A DNA stretch of 64,000 bases. Source: Haplodiscus bocki (taxonomy: Eukaryota). This document shows, piece by piece, positions 14,801 through 29,800 of this stretch. The stretch is from positions 83,762,001-83,826,000 of the forward strand of contig OZ296652.1 in NCBI GenBank assembly GCA_965655095.1. Direction: 5' to 3'. The notes under the pieces are model-generated. The model had not been told where the DNA came from. It saw only the letters and a program-made list of their open reading frames with translations, and searched no databases. Position 1 is the first letter of the stretch. Each line of letters starts with the position of its first letter. A program made the translations under genes and the position numbers.

Positions 14801-17800
14801 TTCCTTGGTGGGAAACATACTTGTTTACACGCCAACTCAAGGTACAAATAGAGAAAAGTACTTTAAACATATTCTCTATAAAGGAAAAATGCCGACTCTG
14901 GCGGGAAATAAACACCTCTCCGTCCATTTCTTCCATCATGGACCGTCTCTTTCCATCTTTCGACGGAAAAAAGTACAGATCCAATCCGTCAGAAATGGAC
15001 ATCAAAGTGGTTATTCCTGCGCCGACACAATAAATAATAACATAAACAAAAAATCAAACAGGTTTTCCATAAGAGGAAATTGATCAAAATACACCGAAAG
15101 TGATTAAAATACACAAAACAAAGTACATATAAATGATGGATAAAGTTCATGTTTACATGTGGTTACATACTGCATTGATTAAATCCACTGCTGGGAACAA
15201 AATTAGGTTTTTTCCTAGTCCGTTCCACGTTTCTATTAGGTCGCGCCTCACTTTGGCTGGAGCGTTCCGGAACGACCACGTAACCGCTTGTAGCACTGCT
15301 CTCCACAGTGCTACTGAGGAGAATGAATCAGGTGGCTACGTAATCGTTCCGTGTCCTTCCAAAGTGTCACAGCATAGTAGCAGAGCGGATTGGCTGAAAT
15401 TCCAGTGACGTCACCAGATTGGTTACGACGGAACTCATACGGAACAAATATTCACTTTTGAAGTCAAGCTCTGTAATAATAGCTCTATTAGTTATTGAAA
15501 ACTTGTTGACACTGTCAATCTAGATTTAAATTACTGCACAAGTCAATTAAAAAGGTGGATTTATAAAATATTTAGTTAAATTAAATATAAAAATAGCACT
15601 TAATAATAATATAAAAATACAGTAGGGAAAATAAATGAATATCCGTTTGTTCCGTAGTTGCTCCGTCCCAATCTGGATCAGGTCATTGGAATCACACGTA
15701 TAAGATACGTGTTTTTTACATGAAGTACATATTATGGAACAATACGTAACTACTACATATCGTTTACATGAATTACATATATGTGCACAAAGTTGATACG
15801 CAACTACTACGTATCATTTATATACAATTGATGAAAAATAATGTGCTATATGTAAGTGAATAAAATTATGAGTTCATTGGCATGTAGATGTATAGTTTTA
15901 GTGTTTGTAGAGTTTTAGTCCTTAGTAGACGGTCCTGGAATGTCCTTTGTTGGGAGAATCATTTATCCGCAGGCTTCGCAGACATGATGCGACAGATTCT
16001 TTGAGCATAATCTTTCACAAGTTTTCAAATTATTCGAAGCATGCATTGCAAGTGAAGTATATTGAAGAAAGATTCTTCGAACGTTTCTTCAGAGTTCGAC
16101 AAAAGTTTGCAGAAGACTGAATGCAGGAAGCCAAAAGAAAGACTCCACAACATTCGATGATTGATAAGACTCAAAAACGAACAATTTCCCAAGGTTTCGA
16201 AATTTTCGTAAAGTTGAAGGATTATTGCAACTGTGTTCAATTTAAGCAGACATTAGGAGCGACAAGATTAAACGTATGGACGTTATAATTTGGGGGTTGT
16301 AATCTCTGAAACAAAAAAAAGATTCATCATAGAACAACCAGCGTGGTCAAGTACGGTACCATCGCGATGAGCACTCACGTCTGTTACGAGATGTACCAGA
16401 CTGCGGTACGATATTCATTCAAAATGACACAATTCCAGAGAATTCTAAAGAAGCATGTCTTGGCATGTAGCTATTGGTAGAATGGAAAGTGATAAGGAGA
16501 GCAAATTAGGAGGATATACCACTTTTCGTGCAAAAGAGATCCATTCGAAAGCTGACGGACACTCCGAAATGGAACAAGAAACTAGAGACAAACAGAATAC
16601 CACCAAAAGGCAAACTGAGACGTCAGATGTTTGCAGAAAATTTGCACGGAAAAAGTCATTTTCGCTGGTTTCAAGTGTTTCAGCACTTGAATTGAATAAA
16701 CGTCTGCAAAAAAGTAAGTGTCCACCATGAGAGTCAAATGAACGATCGGTTTTGACGAAGACGCAAAGAAAACCCAAAAAGGAGTAGTTGTTGGCGTCAG
16801 AATGATTACTTAGCTCTGTTTCAGTCATGAAATTCATCAATTAAATGCGAATCAACTAAATTTAATAGGAAAATCGAACTGTTGACAAAGGTTTGCTTTT
16901 CCACGAGAATCCTGTAACAAGCCTTTGAAGTTCATTTCAATTCATCAATCGAACAAAGAAAACTTATCATCCATGGTGAGTTGTGATCAACTATTGTGAC
17001 ATCAAGAAAAAACTAAAGATCTGTAAATTCCTCAAACCCTCGGTTTACCAATTCACAACTTGACCCAAGAGGAGACATTTCGTTTCACCTATCAGGCCAT
17101 TTGCGCTCGGATTTCTAAAATTCACTTTAGCTGCGGAAAAGTTCTTTTGAAGAACAAGGACACATACGAACAAACACGAAGTTGCAAAGTTGAGAAATCC
17201 GAACGTGTTAATTCGACACCTGAAAGTAAGTTTTAGGGAAAGCGAATTTTCGTTTCAACTTCACTCTAGAATATCGTTGAAGCAAAACTGACTTTAAAAA
17301 AATTAATTTTAGAACTTTGACCGTTTTCCTTGAGAAATTGACTTACACGCAAATGCCTTACACGCAGTGTCAAATATCCCCCCTCAAAACTTTCACTTTC
17401 TTGGAATGTGACCTTGCCAGGCGTGTTTTTTGTTTGGTGCCAGATTGCGACTTAGGCCTAAAATTTTTGGACAGTTGCTGACAGTTACTGGAATCTGAAC
17501 GGTGAGATTATTTGGTTCCTTTCTCAACAAGCTGACAACAACAAAACCACTTGAAACAACAAGATAACCTAATAACGTAAGCCTAATTTTAGCCTATTAT
17601 GTGATATTTGCGGTTTTGGAGCGCTTTTTAACCACAGTTTTTCCTGCTTAGAGCACTGGTTTTTAAATATTATTCGCCAGATTTACCATCATCGTTACAG
17701 TACCCGACATCTGTTGCACTATCCTCAAAGCCATTATTTGTATTTTTTGGTCAGTGGCTCTCCAAAAACTGGCTACCGGTACGTACACGATTTTGTCAAA

Positions 17801-20800
17801 AAAATTTTCAGTCGGCCATCCGAAAGTAATGGATACAGAGTAAGATTTCAAGACCATTCCACCTCCAGCTCTTTTTTCACTGCTTTTGCAACGCTTGTAA
17901 TTTCAGCTAGTTTGTTACATTTTCAGAAACATAAAGCTCCCGTCAAGAAATAAAATTTCGATCTGCAATTTTTTAACATTCAAAGTTCAATTCAATTTCA
18001 TAGCAGTTGCATCAACATTTCTTTTCGTTTTGGCATTTTTAAGCTAATTCTAAAAACTCTAAGGACCTTTTTCGAAGTAAATATGAAGCATTAGTCGCTT
18101 TTGTGTACCCTAATTTCAAAACTTTTTGCGTAATGTAGGGAAGCAACTATATTAGTCGTCGTATCTAGGAATATAAGCAAGTGATTTGTGAATGGATTAA
18201 TTTTATTTAATAATGATGAGGCTGAAGTGGTAGCCGAAAATCTCCTGAAATTAGGTTTCAATGGTTCCTCATAGTTTTGACTCATTTAATACTGTGCAGC
18301 AAATTCATAGTAATAACTAAACAACTTAAAGCGTTAACATTATTTGAGAGTAACGAACATAGCCGCAACCATTTATGCTGTACTTTTTAGAAATTAAATA
18401 TGATAATGGACTGTTAAATCACAATGTAGCTACCAGAACTGTCATGCCCGCAATATTAAGTTATCTACATACCCTTAAAACTATGTCTATGTTCTATAAG
18501 TATGAAGCAATTCTTGCAAATACGGTGTTAATGCAAGCTAAAAATGCATAAAGGTATAAATGCAAAATGTCAGATTACTTCGTTCCCCCCGAACTGAAAG
18601 CAATTATATATAATATATTACACTATGTAGTGTGTATAAACAAGTACTGCTTAGTATTTTACAAATTAGCAGCTTCATAAACACCAAAACCAATAGTGCA
18701 GAAATAACAAGAAATGTGAAACTCTGACTGAATCTTGAACGTGAAAAAAAATATTGAGAAAATAACAATCACCTGTAAATTTCGTCAAATAACTTGCATC
18801 ATTACAGGTGCCCTCTGTAAGGCAACAAATCCACTGACCAGATTATTAATCGAATGCATGAGTAGAATCTACATGACATCAGAAAACATCCGTCTTCATG
18901 TTTTCGCCTCAGAATCCATTCTGCAGCAGTTAAACATAAGAACTCTCAACAGAAGAGAATAGATGATTGTTAGAAAAAATCGAACACAATTATCGACTTG
19001 CGAGAATTCATCAGAAACATCGGTTTTCATCCGTCAAGGACGGGGAATGGTGAATAGCCCCCCCCCCCTGTAACCAGTCTACCAACTGAAACCGATGGAT
19101 AAACACACACGACCAAAAATGTGAAATGACTCATCAGTTTTGATCGAAAGGCGGACTTACTTCAAGGTTCACACATTTTCCGATGTCTGAAACTACTAAT
19201 TGACTCAATAGTGCTAAACAGACACTTTCTGCATTTTTTGATGGGCCGAGAGATCGTGCAGTTACTTTATTTTCCTTTCTTATATTTCTTTTTTTAAATC
19301 ATTGCAATAGCTTGGGCTTTCTTAATTTGGCTTTTACAGTTTGTCGCTGCAAGATTTCCCGTTTCGTCCGCTCATTTTTGGAGTCAATTACTTCTCCTGG
19401 CCTGATTCAAGTGTTCCTTAGAGCTTCTGAGGTATGGAGAAACCTCTTCGACGTCTGCAGTTTCTGGGAAAGGATGACTTCGATGTTGAGGAGTAACGGT
19501 CTGAGGGGTTTGATTTCGTGAAAAATAACTGAATGCACTCAACGGAAGAGACAATGCGCACCCGAGAAAAAGTAAAAGATTTAGGAATAAGTGGTGCAGT
19601 GCCTGGACACTCGTTCAATTATAAGTTCTGGGATGATGTACTTAAGGCTTGACTATGTATTCCGGACCACTTTAACAGCACTGAAACACCAAGGTTGGCA
19701 AAGGTTTAGGAGAATTTGAATACACTGCACGTGGAGTCTGCAGAGAGCACGGTGAACTATCTCACCCGAACACAGTTCGTTAGTAAGCAGTTGGACCTCA
19801 CCAGTGAGATAGCTTCTGAAAAAGTGTCGTAGTTCTTGATTTTCTTTAATGCTTGCCATTAAAGAATGACCATTTCAAAATCAAACTATGAATGACCTTT
19901 CATGCACTGAAAGTTGAGTCGCTGAAATAAAAAAAAGGCTTTTAATATCTCTGAATTGTCTCGTAACTTGCCAATTTGCGCTGGGTGATGCAAGAAAATT
20001 GTTACTTTGTACAACAGGATATCAGGCGCAGAACTTCCATCGCGTAAGACTAAAAAATACACTTTTCGCAAAATTGGTGACATGCAAGCAACTTGTAAAG
20101 CTCACCAGTGCGGTCGAGAAGCTACATTTTTCATTGAAATCCTTTTTTTTCAATTTCGAAATGGGCACTGATTGATACTGGAGAGCTACATCTGACCGAG
20201 GTTTAATATTTCTTTGGCAGCAATAGTTAAAATTTCTACTTAGTAATCAATGTTGTGGGGTGAACGATCATGATTTGGCAATGATTTTCGATTTACGGAA
20301 TTCTACACTGTTCTGACATCTCTAATTGTTAACTAACTAGAGTCCCACCGAACGGTAGAACGCTTCTCGAAATGTTTTTCTGAAAAGCTGGACCATTCAT
20401 GCACGAAAGTTTTTGGGTGCAGCTCTTTCAAACGCCATGGAGCGCATCAAAACGAGAAGGCTGAAAAAGACACCAAATACACTTTTATCATCTCATCTTC
20501 CGATGACTCATCTTCCGATGACTCGCAGCCCTACTTTTTTCTCAATCCGCCACTTAAAAACATAATTCTCTTGCAGTGTGGAACTTGGTACAAATGCTTC
20601 TGAGTATCTATTTCTAACCACAGTCACACTTAGAAAGCTTGCAAAACAGGTTCAAGAGCCAAAAACTACTGTACTTGAATATTGTGTTCGACATTCCTGT
20701 TTGACCAAAAGAGTCTAGGTTAAAATCATTCATTTTCCCGTGGTTTCCAATTTCCTAGAAATCTCCAAACGTGCGATTTTCATATCAAATATTTCACATA

Positions 20801-23800
20801 TGTGAATTTACCGGAAAACTTGAAAGTATTTGTAAACTATCGGCAAACTCTTCTTCATAATCGTATTCAAAACCTTCACAAAAAATATTTTGGCAGTCCT
20901 TGCCAAAGCATCTTTGGAATTGATAAAATTGCACCACATTGCAAAAATGGTTATTTCTTGAAATTAATAGTTTGATGGTGATCCCTACTGCCTGCAATTG
21001 TCTTTGTCAATGTGACTTGTTACAACAACCAATATTCTTGCAGCCTTACAGAATAACTGATACTTTTTCACAAAATTCTATCCTTTGTCTGTGAAGCCGG
21101 ACTGGTCGGCTGAAGAAGACTACCTTCTGCGGGAAACAGCCAGAACATCACTTGGTCCTCCGACCTAGACACGAAAACTAAACAAGGAAAACTAGTTAAA
21201 GTGCTGGTTTCCGGAGAAGAATGCTTTTCGATTCCCTCAAACGCAGAGTTCGTTCTTGTTTGTTTTCGAAAAAGTCTTCGTTATCGGAGCAATTTCTTTA
21301 CGATGAGCTGTTGATAAAGCACCTAATACTGTGTTAAGATGAATTCAAGGCCAGCATAGTTCTATCCCAGCTTGGGTTTCCACACTCACGTTAAAGACGC
21401 AAAATATAAGCTGCTGTATATCAAGGAGACAAGACGGCACCATTGCCAAAAAAACGGAACAACTTGATCCATTTTTCCGTCTCAGCTCAAATAACTAACG
21501 GAAGACTAACCAAAACAGCAAAAGAACGCGTACAGACCTTTGAAACCTACAAGAAACGAATTGCAGCCTTTTTGCTTACTCAATGTTTCAATACGCCTAA
21601 CATCCACAAAGACCTCGGAAGATTGATGCTAGATATCAAGCAAGTGACCCAGAAAAACTCCAACTTTCGAACTGCAAAGATAAAAACTTCCAAGTTGCAG
21701 CATAATTGTGGAACATGAATCCAATCAAAAAAGTTGAACTACAACTGCTGCAGGTCGTTTAAATGTACAAAAGAAACAGGTTTAATGATCCAATAAAACG
21801 GATTTTTGCAGGAGAAACTAATCGTAGAAAATGTGAAAATATCAACAGGGAAATGTTACGTGCATGTGTGATCCGTCATAACAGTTTTTTCTCGTTTGAG
21901 AACTTCATTGGCATTAAATCACGATCACGGGTAGTTATCAGGTATATTGGCAACTTCACAACAAATGTTCTCGTTCCCTTCGGTACTCTTTGGTAACCTT
22001 GTTCTTTTCTGTCAAAGGGTTGAAAACACAGATTTTCAGCGTTTTTTTTAATTTTCAGCGGAACAAACAAGAACTGTTTACTGTGATGAGTACCGATCAA
22101 ACCTGTTAGAAACTGACGCAAAGCAAGACGGCGAAAACTGGTGAGAAACGGAGCCGTGCACAACGTTGCCTTGGCAAAGCCTAACCTTGAAAATGAGTTG
22201 GTAATGTCCCAACCTATTAAAACTCAGGAAAGGCATTTCAAAACGGGAAGCGCCTATAGCTGCAATTATTTAAAGGACACAAACAGCTCGCGGTTCTGAA
22301 GCTCAGGGTGAACTCTTGACCGAAAATGACGAAGAATTAGTCGGAAAATTGACACGAATAGTGCCGTGATGAAAAAATTGCGATTTCAGTAGCTACTTAG
22401 GAATTTTTCACAGGAAAATAAAAAACGTGTCTAAAATCGCAATTCAACTAGGGTCTACATCAATAAGCCAAAAGCGACTTACAAAGTTTCCACTGCCTAG
22501 TTTTTTCGAAACTTATACCAAGTGAATTTCCTTTGTGGATTTGTCTACGGCTTCATTTTTAACAAATTCAATTTGCGGTCCTCAGAAAGGTTGATTTATC
22601 TCAAGGTTTGTCTCAAAAGCGATGCTGTGGAACTGATTTCCTAAAAAACATTAACAGAATCTAACTACCAAATCGTCTAGAGAATGATTGAATATTAGAA
22701 TGAAAAAAAGACGTTGTGTCTTGCTATCATAGGTCCAAGCAATTAGAACGCCACTAAGTAACAAAAACAATTCAACTGTTCAAATAAGCAAACTTTCAGA
22801 AGCATCGATTGATTATTTAAGATCGTTCGTGCAGTTAGATGGGCCTGTAGACGCATGGTATTCTTTCTTGCTTTACTGCAAAGGCGAAAGACTTGACTGA
22901 GAGAGAGTCAAGGAAGCAGTGAAAAGTACCCAACTTGCGGGGAGCCGAGTTGTTTTTACGGCGGACGTCGGGGAAGTTTTTCAACGTACGTAGTCGGAAG
23001 TTCCGATTAAAATATCTCAAAGATTCTCTCAGTTGATAAATTCCTTACTTTGCACCAGATTAAGAACAACCATTTGTCTATTTTTTTTCATACGTTAGTG
23101 TGTGTATTGTTACACGCCTGGACAATCATAAGCTGTATTCATGTCTATTATTCATGAAATTCTCTGATCGTAACTGATTGAAAAACATCAACGGCGAATT
23201 TTTTTGATTCAGATGCTTCACAACAGCATACGGTGCAAGCGTTTGCGCTTAAAAATTTACTTCAGTCGAAATTAAAATGAAACTTCACACGCTGTTACGC
23301 AGAAAAAAAACCGGCAACAACTTTGTCACGCAGAAAACTTCGCAGTCGAAGTTCAGCAAAACTGCAATTAATGTTCATGTTGACTCCCTGCTTGCAAACT
23401 CTCTTTTCAATGCCAGGGATTTGCTTGATGAAGCTCGAAACTTTATACAGGCCTAATGTTCAGCAAAGTAATGTTTTTCTCAGCAGTTATCAGTTTTGAA
23501 GACAAAACGTAAAGGAAGGTACAAATGCACGCACCTTTAGTTTCTGGCTTCCGAGTAACTTTTGTTTTCGTAACGCAAGCAACTGCTCTCATGACTGATG
23601 ATATTCAACAAACATGCAAATTAGAGCTTTTGACGTCAAGCAGCCCCAGTAAACACAAGTTAACCGGAATAAAGTTGATCTCTACATCATTACAAAAGGA
23701 ACGGTCTCGTTCCCAATAAAACCCAGAGTCATTATAAAAAACTTTTTGACAACCTGTTTTTAGTACGCTTTAGATTTGCCACTGCAGGAAAAATGGGCCT

Positions 23801-26800
23801 ACTGCTTGGCTCAGATATCACCGATATGTTTTTCCGGACAATCGATTAGGTGACAGCGGAGTCGTCATTCGAGTGTCAAGGTTCAATTGGGCCGTGTCTT
23901 TACTGGTGGAATAGACATCTGACAATTGCAACAACAATCTAATGTTTTTATTCAAGAATTCTTGAATATTGATCAATTGGGAATAGTCACACATGCATAG
24001 TTGAAAAACCCGCAAAAGTTTCATTTGTGTGATGATTCTGCACGCATGGTTGCTAGCACTACAATTAGTAAACAATTTGTTTTCGATTCTAACGCAAAAA
24101 CAACAAGAAGCTTGTCTTGAAATAGTTCTTTATCTGAGTTCAACAGAACGTGCACGACAGATTTTTCAAACTTCTTAGAGGATTTCTTTTTTTCATGTAG
24201 CAAGGAGTGCTGGTGCTGGCAGGGCAAGAGTGGTTGTGCAGTTTCAATTGAAGGAGGAAGAACGTTACCTTAATAGTTTTTTTGCCGTTTCAGTCGCGAT
24301 GGCAAAATCGAGATGCTCCTGGTGACTTGCGACTTGCGTGGTATATGTAGTCAGACGGGCATGTTTTGTCTCACTGGGCTATTGCTATATTGCGAAAATT
24401 CGCTACTAGAAGGAAAACAATTGGTAGTGAGAGTTTTCTTCAGGATGATTTCCTCGACAGTACTTCGTCAGAAAAAACAGGAACAAAACTGCCCAGATTA
24501 GTTGATCGCAACACAAATACGCGGTCAACATGACTCAAGATGGTGAATTGTGGCTTTTCTGATTATACTTTGTTTTTGCATCTGGAGTACTGTGAATCTA
24601 ACAGTATTTTGGATTTCTTAGTTAAAAATCACATATATGAAGTCATTAAAGGCTGTTTGCAGTCCTTCCGTAGACCAGTTTAGTTTCAAGTTTTCTCGGG
24701 CTAGTTCTGACAAAGCATCAGAAATTTGAGCAAAATTACCAAATTGTTTCGCTTTCGTTGATTAGTTTTCTTCAGATACCATCAAGATCAAACCTATCAT
24801 GCAACTAAAATGGCAAGTGTTCGCCCAATGGGATGAAAAATTTGGAACTCTTAGACTTGTATTCCAAATGGAAATCGAAGCTAAACGAGTACCACAAAAC
24901 CCAAATGAAACGAAATGTTTTTGATTACGAAAAAAATTAAAGGATTTGCATGTTTTTTTTGATGCCTCCGATGTTTGGTGAGACTTTTTTCATCTTTTTT
25001 GTGGCTCAATGAGCTAAAGAGGCGGTTTGCTGCTTTACTTCGGGGCAGGGACAAAATTGAGTCACACGAAATGCAATGGATTTGGTGGCCAGAACTTTGT
25101 GCCTGCTTACATGACTCATAAATGAAGGAATCAGTTGTTGAAAGGCTACTAAACAGGAAGGTGATTCTCCATGAACAAATTGTCTTGATGAATTGAACCA
25201 TTGTTTAAATTGAGCCAAACGCCTACCCGACCTTATGGACAAAGTTTGTTACGGACCCAGTGTTGCATCTTCCGGAAAGATTCCACACGTCACGGATTCT
25301 CGCTTTAGAACATTAGAATCCTGAGTAACGCACTTCACATAGTACTCATACCTCAAAATTGCTGTTTTTGGCGTTTTGATGAAGCGGTTTTATCTAGTTA
25401 GTCCAAGTTCCCCCTCCAACCACGTCATGATCTTCGAAGAGCAACTGAGGTTATGAACCACCTTTTTCAAGGATCAATTGTATCATTGCTTAAGCTAAAG
25501 GTGACACTTTCTCTGATCCGATCATTCTAGCTAACAGATTTGTTTTTGATGAAAACAGTTTGTGTTGTTGCAGTTGTGAAACGCCTATTAGGACGACAAC
25601 TTCAACAAAATCAGCCACTTTTCAAATCTTTACCACAGAGTAGAGGACGGAAACAACTCAGTTTCTCCTGAAACGTGACAAAAGAAAAAATTTTGAGCAG
25701 CATAAAACAACATTGAAGAAGGAATCGGATCTGAATAGAAAACTTACAGGTTGTGTTTTTACAAAATCTTATGGGGAAATGTTTTGTGCGTTGGTAGCCA
25801 CTGTGCCAATGCAGAACTTCCAGATTAAATCAAGTTTTTCGGAAAGCTACCTCAGAAGTAAAAGGTATAGCCCAAATTTTTTTTAAATGACTCCTCACTC
25901 TGTCACATTAAAAAATGCCGCCAAAATCGTTTTCGCTTCCGGACATTTCCCTGCAGGAAACGTTAATAACCGGATGTGTACGGGTTTCTCGGTGAATGTG
26001 TACCAGTCCTAAGTAGATGCTTTTCTATGAAGAGACTTTTATCAGGAAGAAAGTCATTCCAAGATGTTGGTTCGGATTTTGATGTTCGATTTTTCTGCAA
26101 GAAAAAACAAAAAACACCACTAAGATCTTTTCGGTCTGCTCATTTGATAGGTCGTTGGAGCTTTGCATCTTTCCCCAACGAGGAAAACTGCAGCAAATGT
26201 TGACACGACCAGTCTGATATTGAGTGCCCATTGGACAGACATTCGATGGTTTTTGCTCTTTTTTTTGGAAGCACTGGAAAACAGATTGTGTTTCTTACCT
26301 CTAAGAAAAACATGAATGTTTTTTTGGAACCGGGAATTCAAAAGTATGAGTTTTGGTCCACGTGGGCGACGACAATTATGCTTCACAACAAAGTTTTTTT
26401 GGCGCAAACCTCCAAGCATTACTACAAACATCCTGAAAACTTGATGCGCCTCGACAATGTCAGAACGCCAACTGTAGAGTCCAACAATTTTCCTTCAAAT
26501 CGAAGTTTCATTTGAAAACAACTTGAAACCATTTTTGGTTTGAGTTCTTTTTCGGTTCCCTGAAACAATCGAGTATTTCACTTCATGTTGTCTTTATTGC
26601 TAAAGAAATGAGGGGGCTGTTTCCTCTTCGGTATTACTGAAAACTTTGTTCAAAAATATTTCGATTTTAGCGAATATACAAAACTGAGAGTGTGGGCTTC
26701 GAATCGACCGTTTCAAGTATCGAAAACGTTGTGTGAGTAAAAGAAGAGTTTCCTTCAGGCTTTTTTTCAAAGTATATCTGGAACACATCAAATAGAGCAG

Positions 26801-29800
26801 AGTAGGAATATACGTGAAAGGTATAAAACTATAAACATAAATGAACCTGACACTCTCCTCACACAAATTCACTGGACACCGTCCGTCAAGTAACTTGGCT
26901 GATTTCTAACTTTTGTGGATCTCCTCGTGACCTTCACTGTTTGTCGTGGCGATGTTGCTACTGGCGAGTTTAACGATTCCATCACAATTGAAAACTTAGA
27001 GAGTCCATGCAACTCCTCTGCCGTTGGCGTTTCCACTGTGCTTCCGATCAGTGTAGGGTCAGAAGGCAGCTCGTGTAAGTGTGGTGTTTTATGTGTAGGC
27101 CTTGACTCAGTAAAGAGGATCCAAGTTTGGGTCAAACACGTGACTTCATGGTAAATTTACCGAATAAGATTGATGATAATCAGACGTGGCGGTATCTTTC
27201 GAATTCTGTACCGGAGCGGAGATATCACATGCCGAAACAATACTTTCATTTCCTGCGGTTTTACGTACCAAAAGAGTTCGAATGTCATCACATGCATTAC
27301 AGTGACCTTTGTTGTGGGAGGATAGGTTTTCGCAGGAACGAATTTCCACAAGCGAACAATGTTTCCGGCCAGGAGCCATTCGGTTACCGCAACCTTTTGG
27401 ACAGATTTTTGGGCTTATTTGAACGTTCTCGCATCTGGCGTTTCATTTGTTGCGGTACAAAAAAGGTCCTTAGAGATGACATTGTTTCACCGAGTACGAG
27501 TTTCCAGTGCAGTGGAGGTAGATTTCGCGATTCTAACAGGCATGGATTTAACACCATTTTACCGTTCGTTCGGTCCGTCGCACTGTATATGGGACGGAGC
27601 TATTTTCGTTAGGGACATACATATCTCGTGGCGGAATTGGCTATATCCCTTTTAATTAAACTGCGTTCCGTGGTCTGAAGGCAGAGATTGGGGAACTAGA
27701 AAGTTACAAAAAACGATGGTAGGTGAACTTGATGATGGGGCGCGAACTGATATCACTTGGGATAAATGCAATGGGAAAACGACTGTTTTCGCCAAATATT
27801 TTCATTATGTATTTGTTTCCGGACTTCAAGGAAGGCGTCTCACGGCCAAATATCTGAATGGATAATCTTTCGAAAGGCTGCAATGATTTGATTAGCGTTC
27901 GAGGTGCCTTTACTGGGTAAGGTGGTTTAAAGTTTGCGCGACTGTCATTTTAACATCCTCGAGGCAGCATGGCAAACACAAATTATTGCCAGAGTCGAAA
28001 TATTCCTGGGTGTGCTAGTCGGTCGAGAATAGGGTACACAAGGGTTTAATTTGAGACGTGTGCAACGCGTGACATGGCGTCAGCACTGACATTTTCCAAA
28101 CCTCCCTTGTAGTTTATCAAAATAGGACATTCTGATCACTCCAGTTGCCATCGACTTAGTTTGTCGTTTTCTACCTTTCATTTGTAACAGAAAGCCAACT
28201 GTTTTTTGGTCGGTTAGGACTCTCGTTGTCTCAATGTCTCGATGAAACCTGAGTTTTTTCTGCATGACTCGACGATTGCCGGAGCTTCTTTTTCCACAAT
28301 CTAGTGTCTTTGTTAGGGTTGATAAGGCTTGTGAAAAAGACTTTAAGAGACGGCCATTTTGTGATAAGGTGAGCCAATATCATTTTTTGATGCGACGGTT
28401 TCCAGGAGTAAGGTTCCTGAAATCGTGAAGGGGGATGGTGATGCGGTTTTTCATACCTGCATCTTCAGGCCCTGGATTATAGAGATAACGTGCTTTGGCA
28501 CGGAAAACATTTTTGTTCCAAAAACTAAGGATGCGCTTTGAGTTTCTCGGAGGGTTGATTGAGCCCTTCGACGTGATGAGCATAGATTTCAAGCAGTCTT
28601 TTTTTTTCATCAACTGGCATGGCGAATGCCATTAGGTATGACAAACGATCAGGATGAGGCTTCTTTGATTGAAAAAAAACACGAAATATGGCCAAGCATC
28701 CTAACTAATTTCAATTCGAAAAGGCATTTTTCTCGTGTTCAATTCCATGTCAAGGTTTTTTAGCCGAAGCGTCAAAAAACATTTTCAGGTTTTCTTCGTG
28801 CTCGTTTCTGGTTTCACCACCGACGATGAAGTCGGCTAAATAAGGCTTTGCTCCCGTCAATTTTTTTCCTGGCATCAAATCGTCCCTAATTCTTTGAATT
28901 GTCGGGAGGGCATTTGTTTCACCTAATGGTATTTCGCTAAACTGATACAGTTTCCTACCCGCGGCGAATGCGGTAAGTTTTCTACTTACCGGTAAACTTT
29001 CTACACAAGCGTTCAACAGAATTGGGTGATATGACGTTTTCATGTACAATTTGCTGATTAAAAGTTCTTTTGGGGAATCAACAAGAATGCTGGACCTATA
29101 GGTAAATGGGTAAACGTCCACTGTACTATACTTGTTTATGGTCTCGGAATAAATTCCAACCTCAGGTGATTCGTGACTGTGGACCACAAACGCTTGGACG
29201 CACAATGGAGAAGCGGACAGCTCGATGGTGCACTGTTCCAGGAGTCTAGCATTCTTTTGTCAATAAACTCCGAGTCCTGCTTTCGATTATTTCTATTCTG
29301 AGTAGCGATCGATTTCGACGTACATACTTGATGGAAGATCTCCGGCGGGTCGATCTTCATGGCGGGATATTCATTGCGCGTTTGCATGAGAGCAGCAGAA
29401 AAAAGAGATAACACTAGCGGAAACTTTCCTCCATGAAAAACCCTGCTGACTTCGTCAGGTTGCTGAAAAATGTCCGAACCAATTTGAAAATCCACCACAA
29501 CTCCGTGATTACCCAAAAAAGCGCTGTATAGTAGTACTATCCAGTCGAAGCCAAAGTGTGGCACAGGCAGCGAATTCAGAGTTTTCGTTTTTTTAGAATC
29601 GTGTGAAACTTTTTTGTGCTCGTTTGTGGAGACCCATGATTTTCACCTCCAGCAGTGATAAATGAGTCGGTTCAGCTGGAGTTCATGAGAGCTTGTATTC
29701 AAGCATGCTTCTGGCCAACGAGAGTATTCTTGAATACACCATTAGAACTGATTTCGTCTGATTTCATTTTTTTGCGCACGAGACAGCCATGGACTTGGAC

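Noticed and set aside
16455-17230. Exon-like pieces (ORF 16455..16730, donors at ~16976 and ~17226)
   Set aside because: No recognisable domain; the 17131-17225 piece has a stop in the phase needed to join the nAChR.
20492-20524. Perfect 15-bp tandem duplication (similar 22-bp one at 39336-39379)
   Set aside because: Ordinary local slippage; nothing is inserted between the copies.
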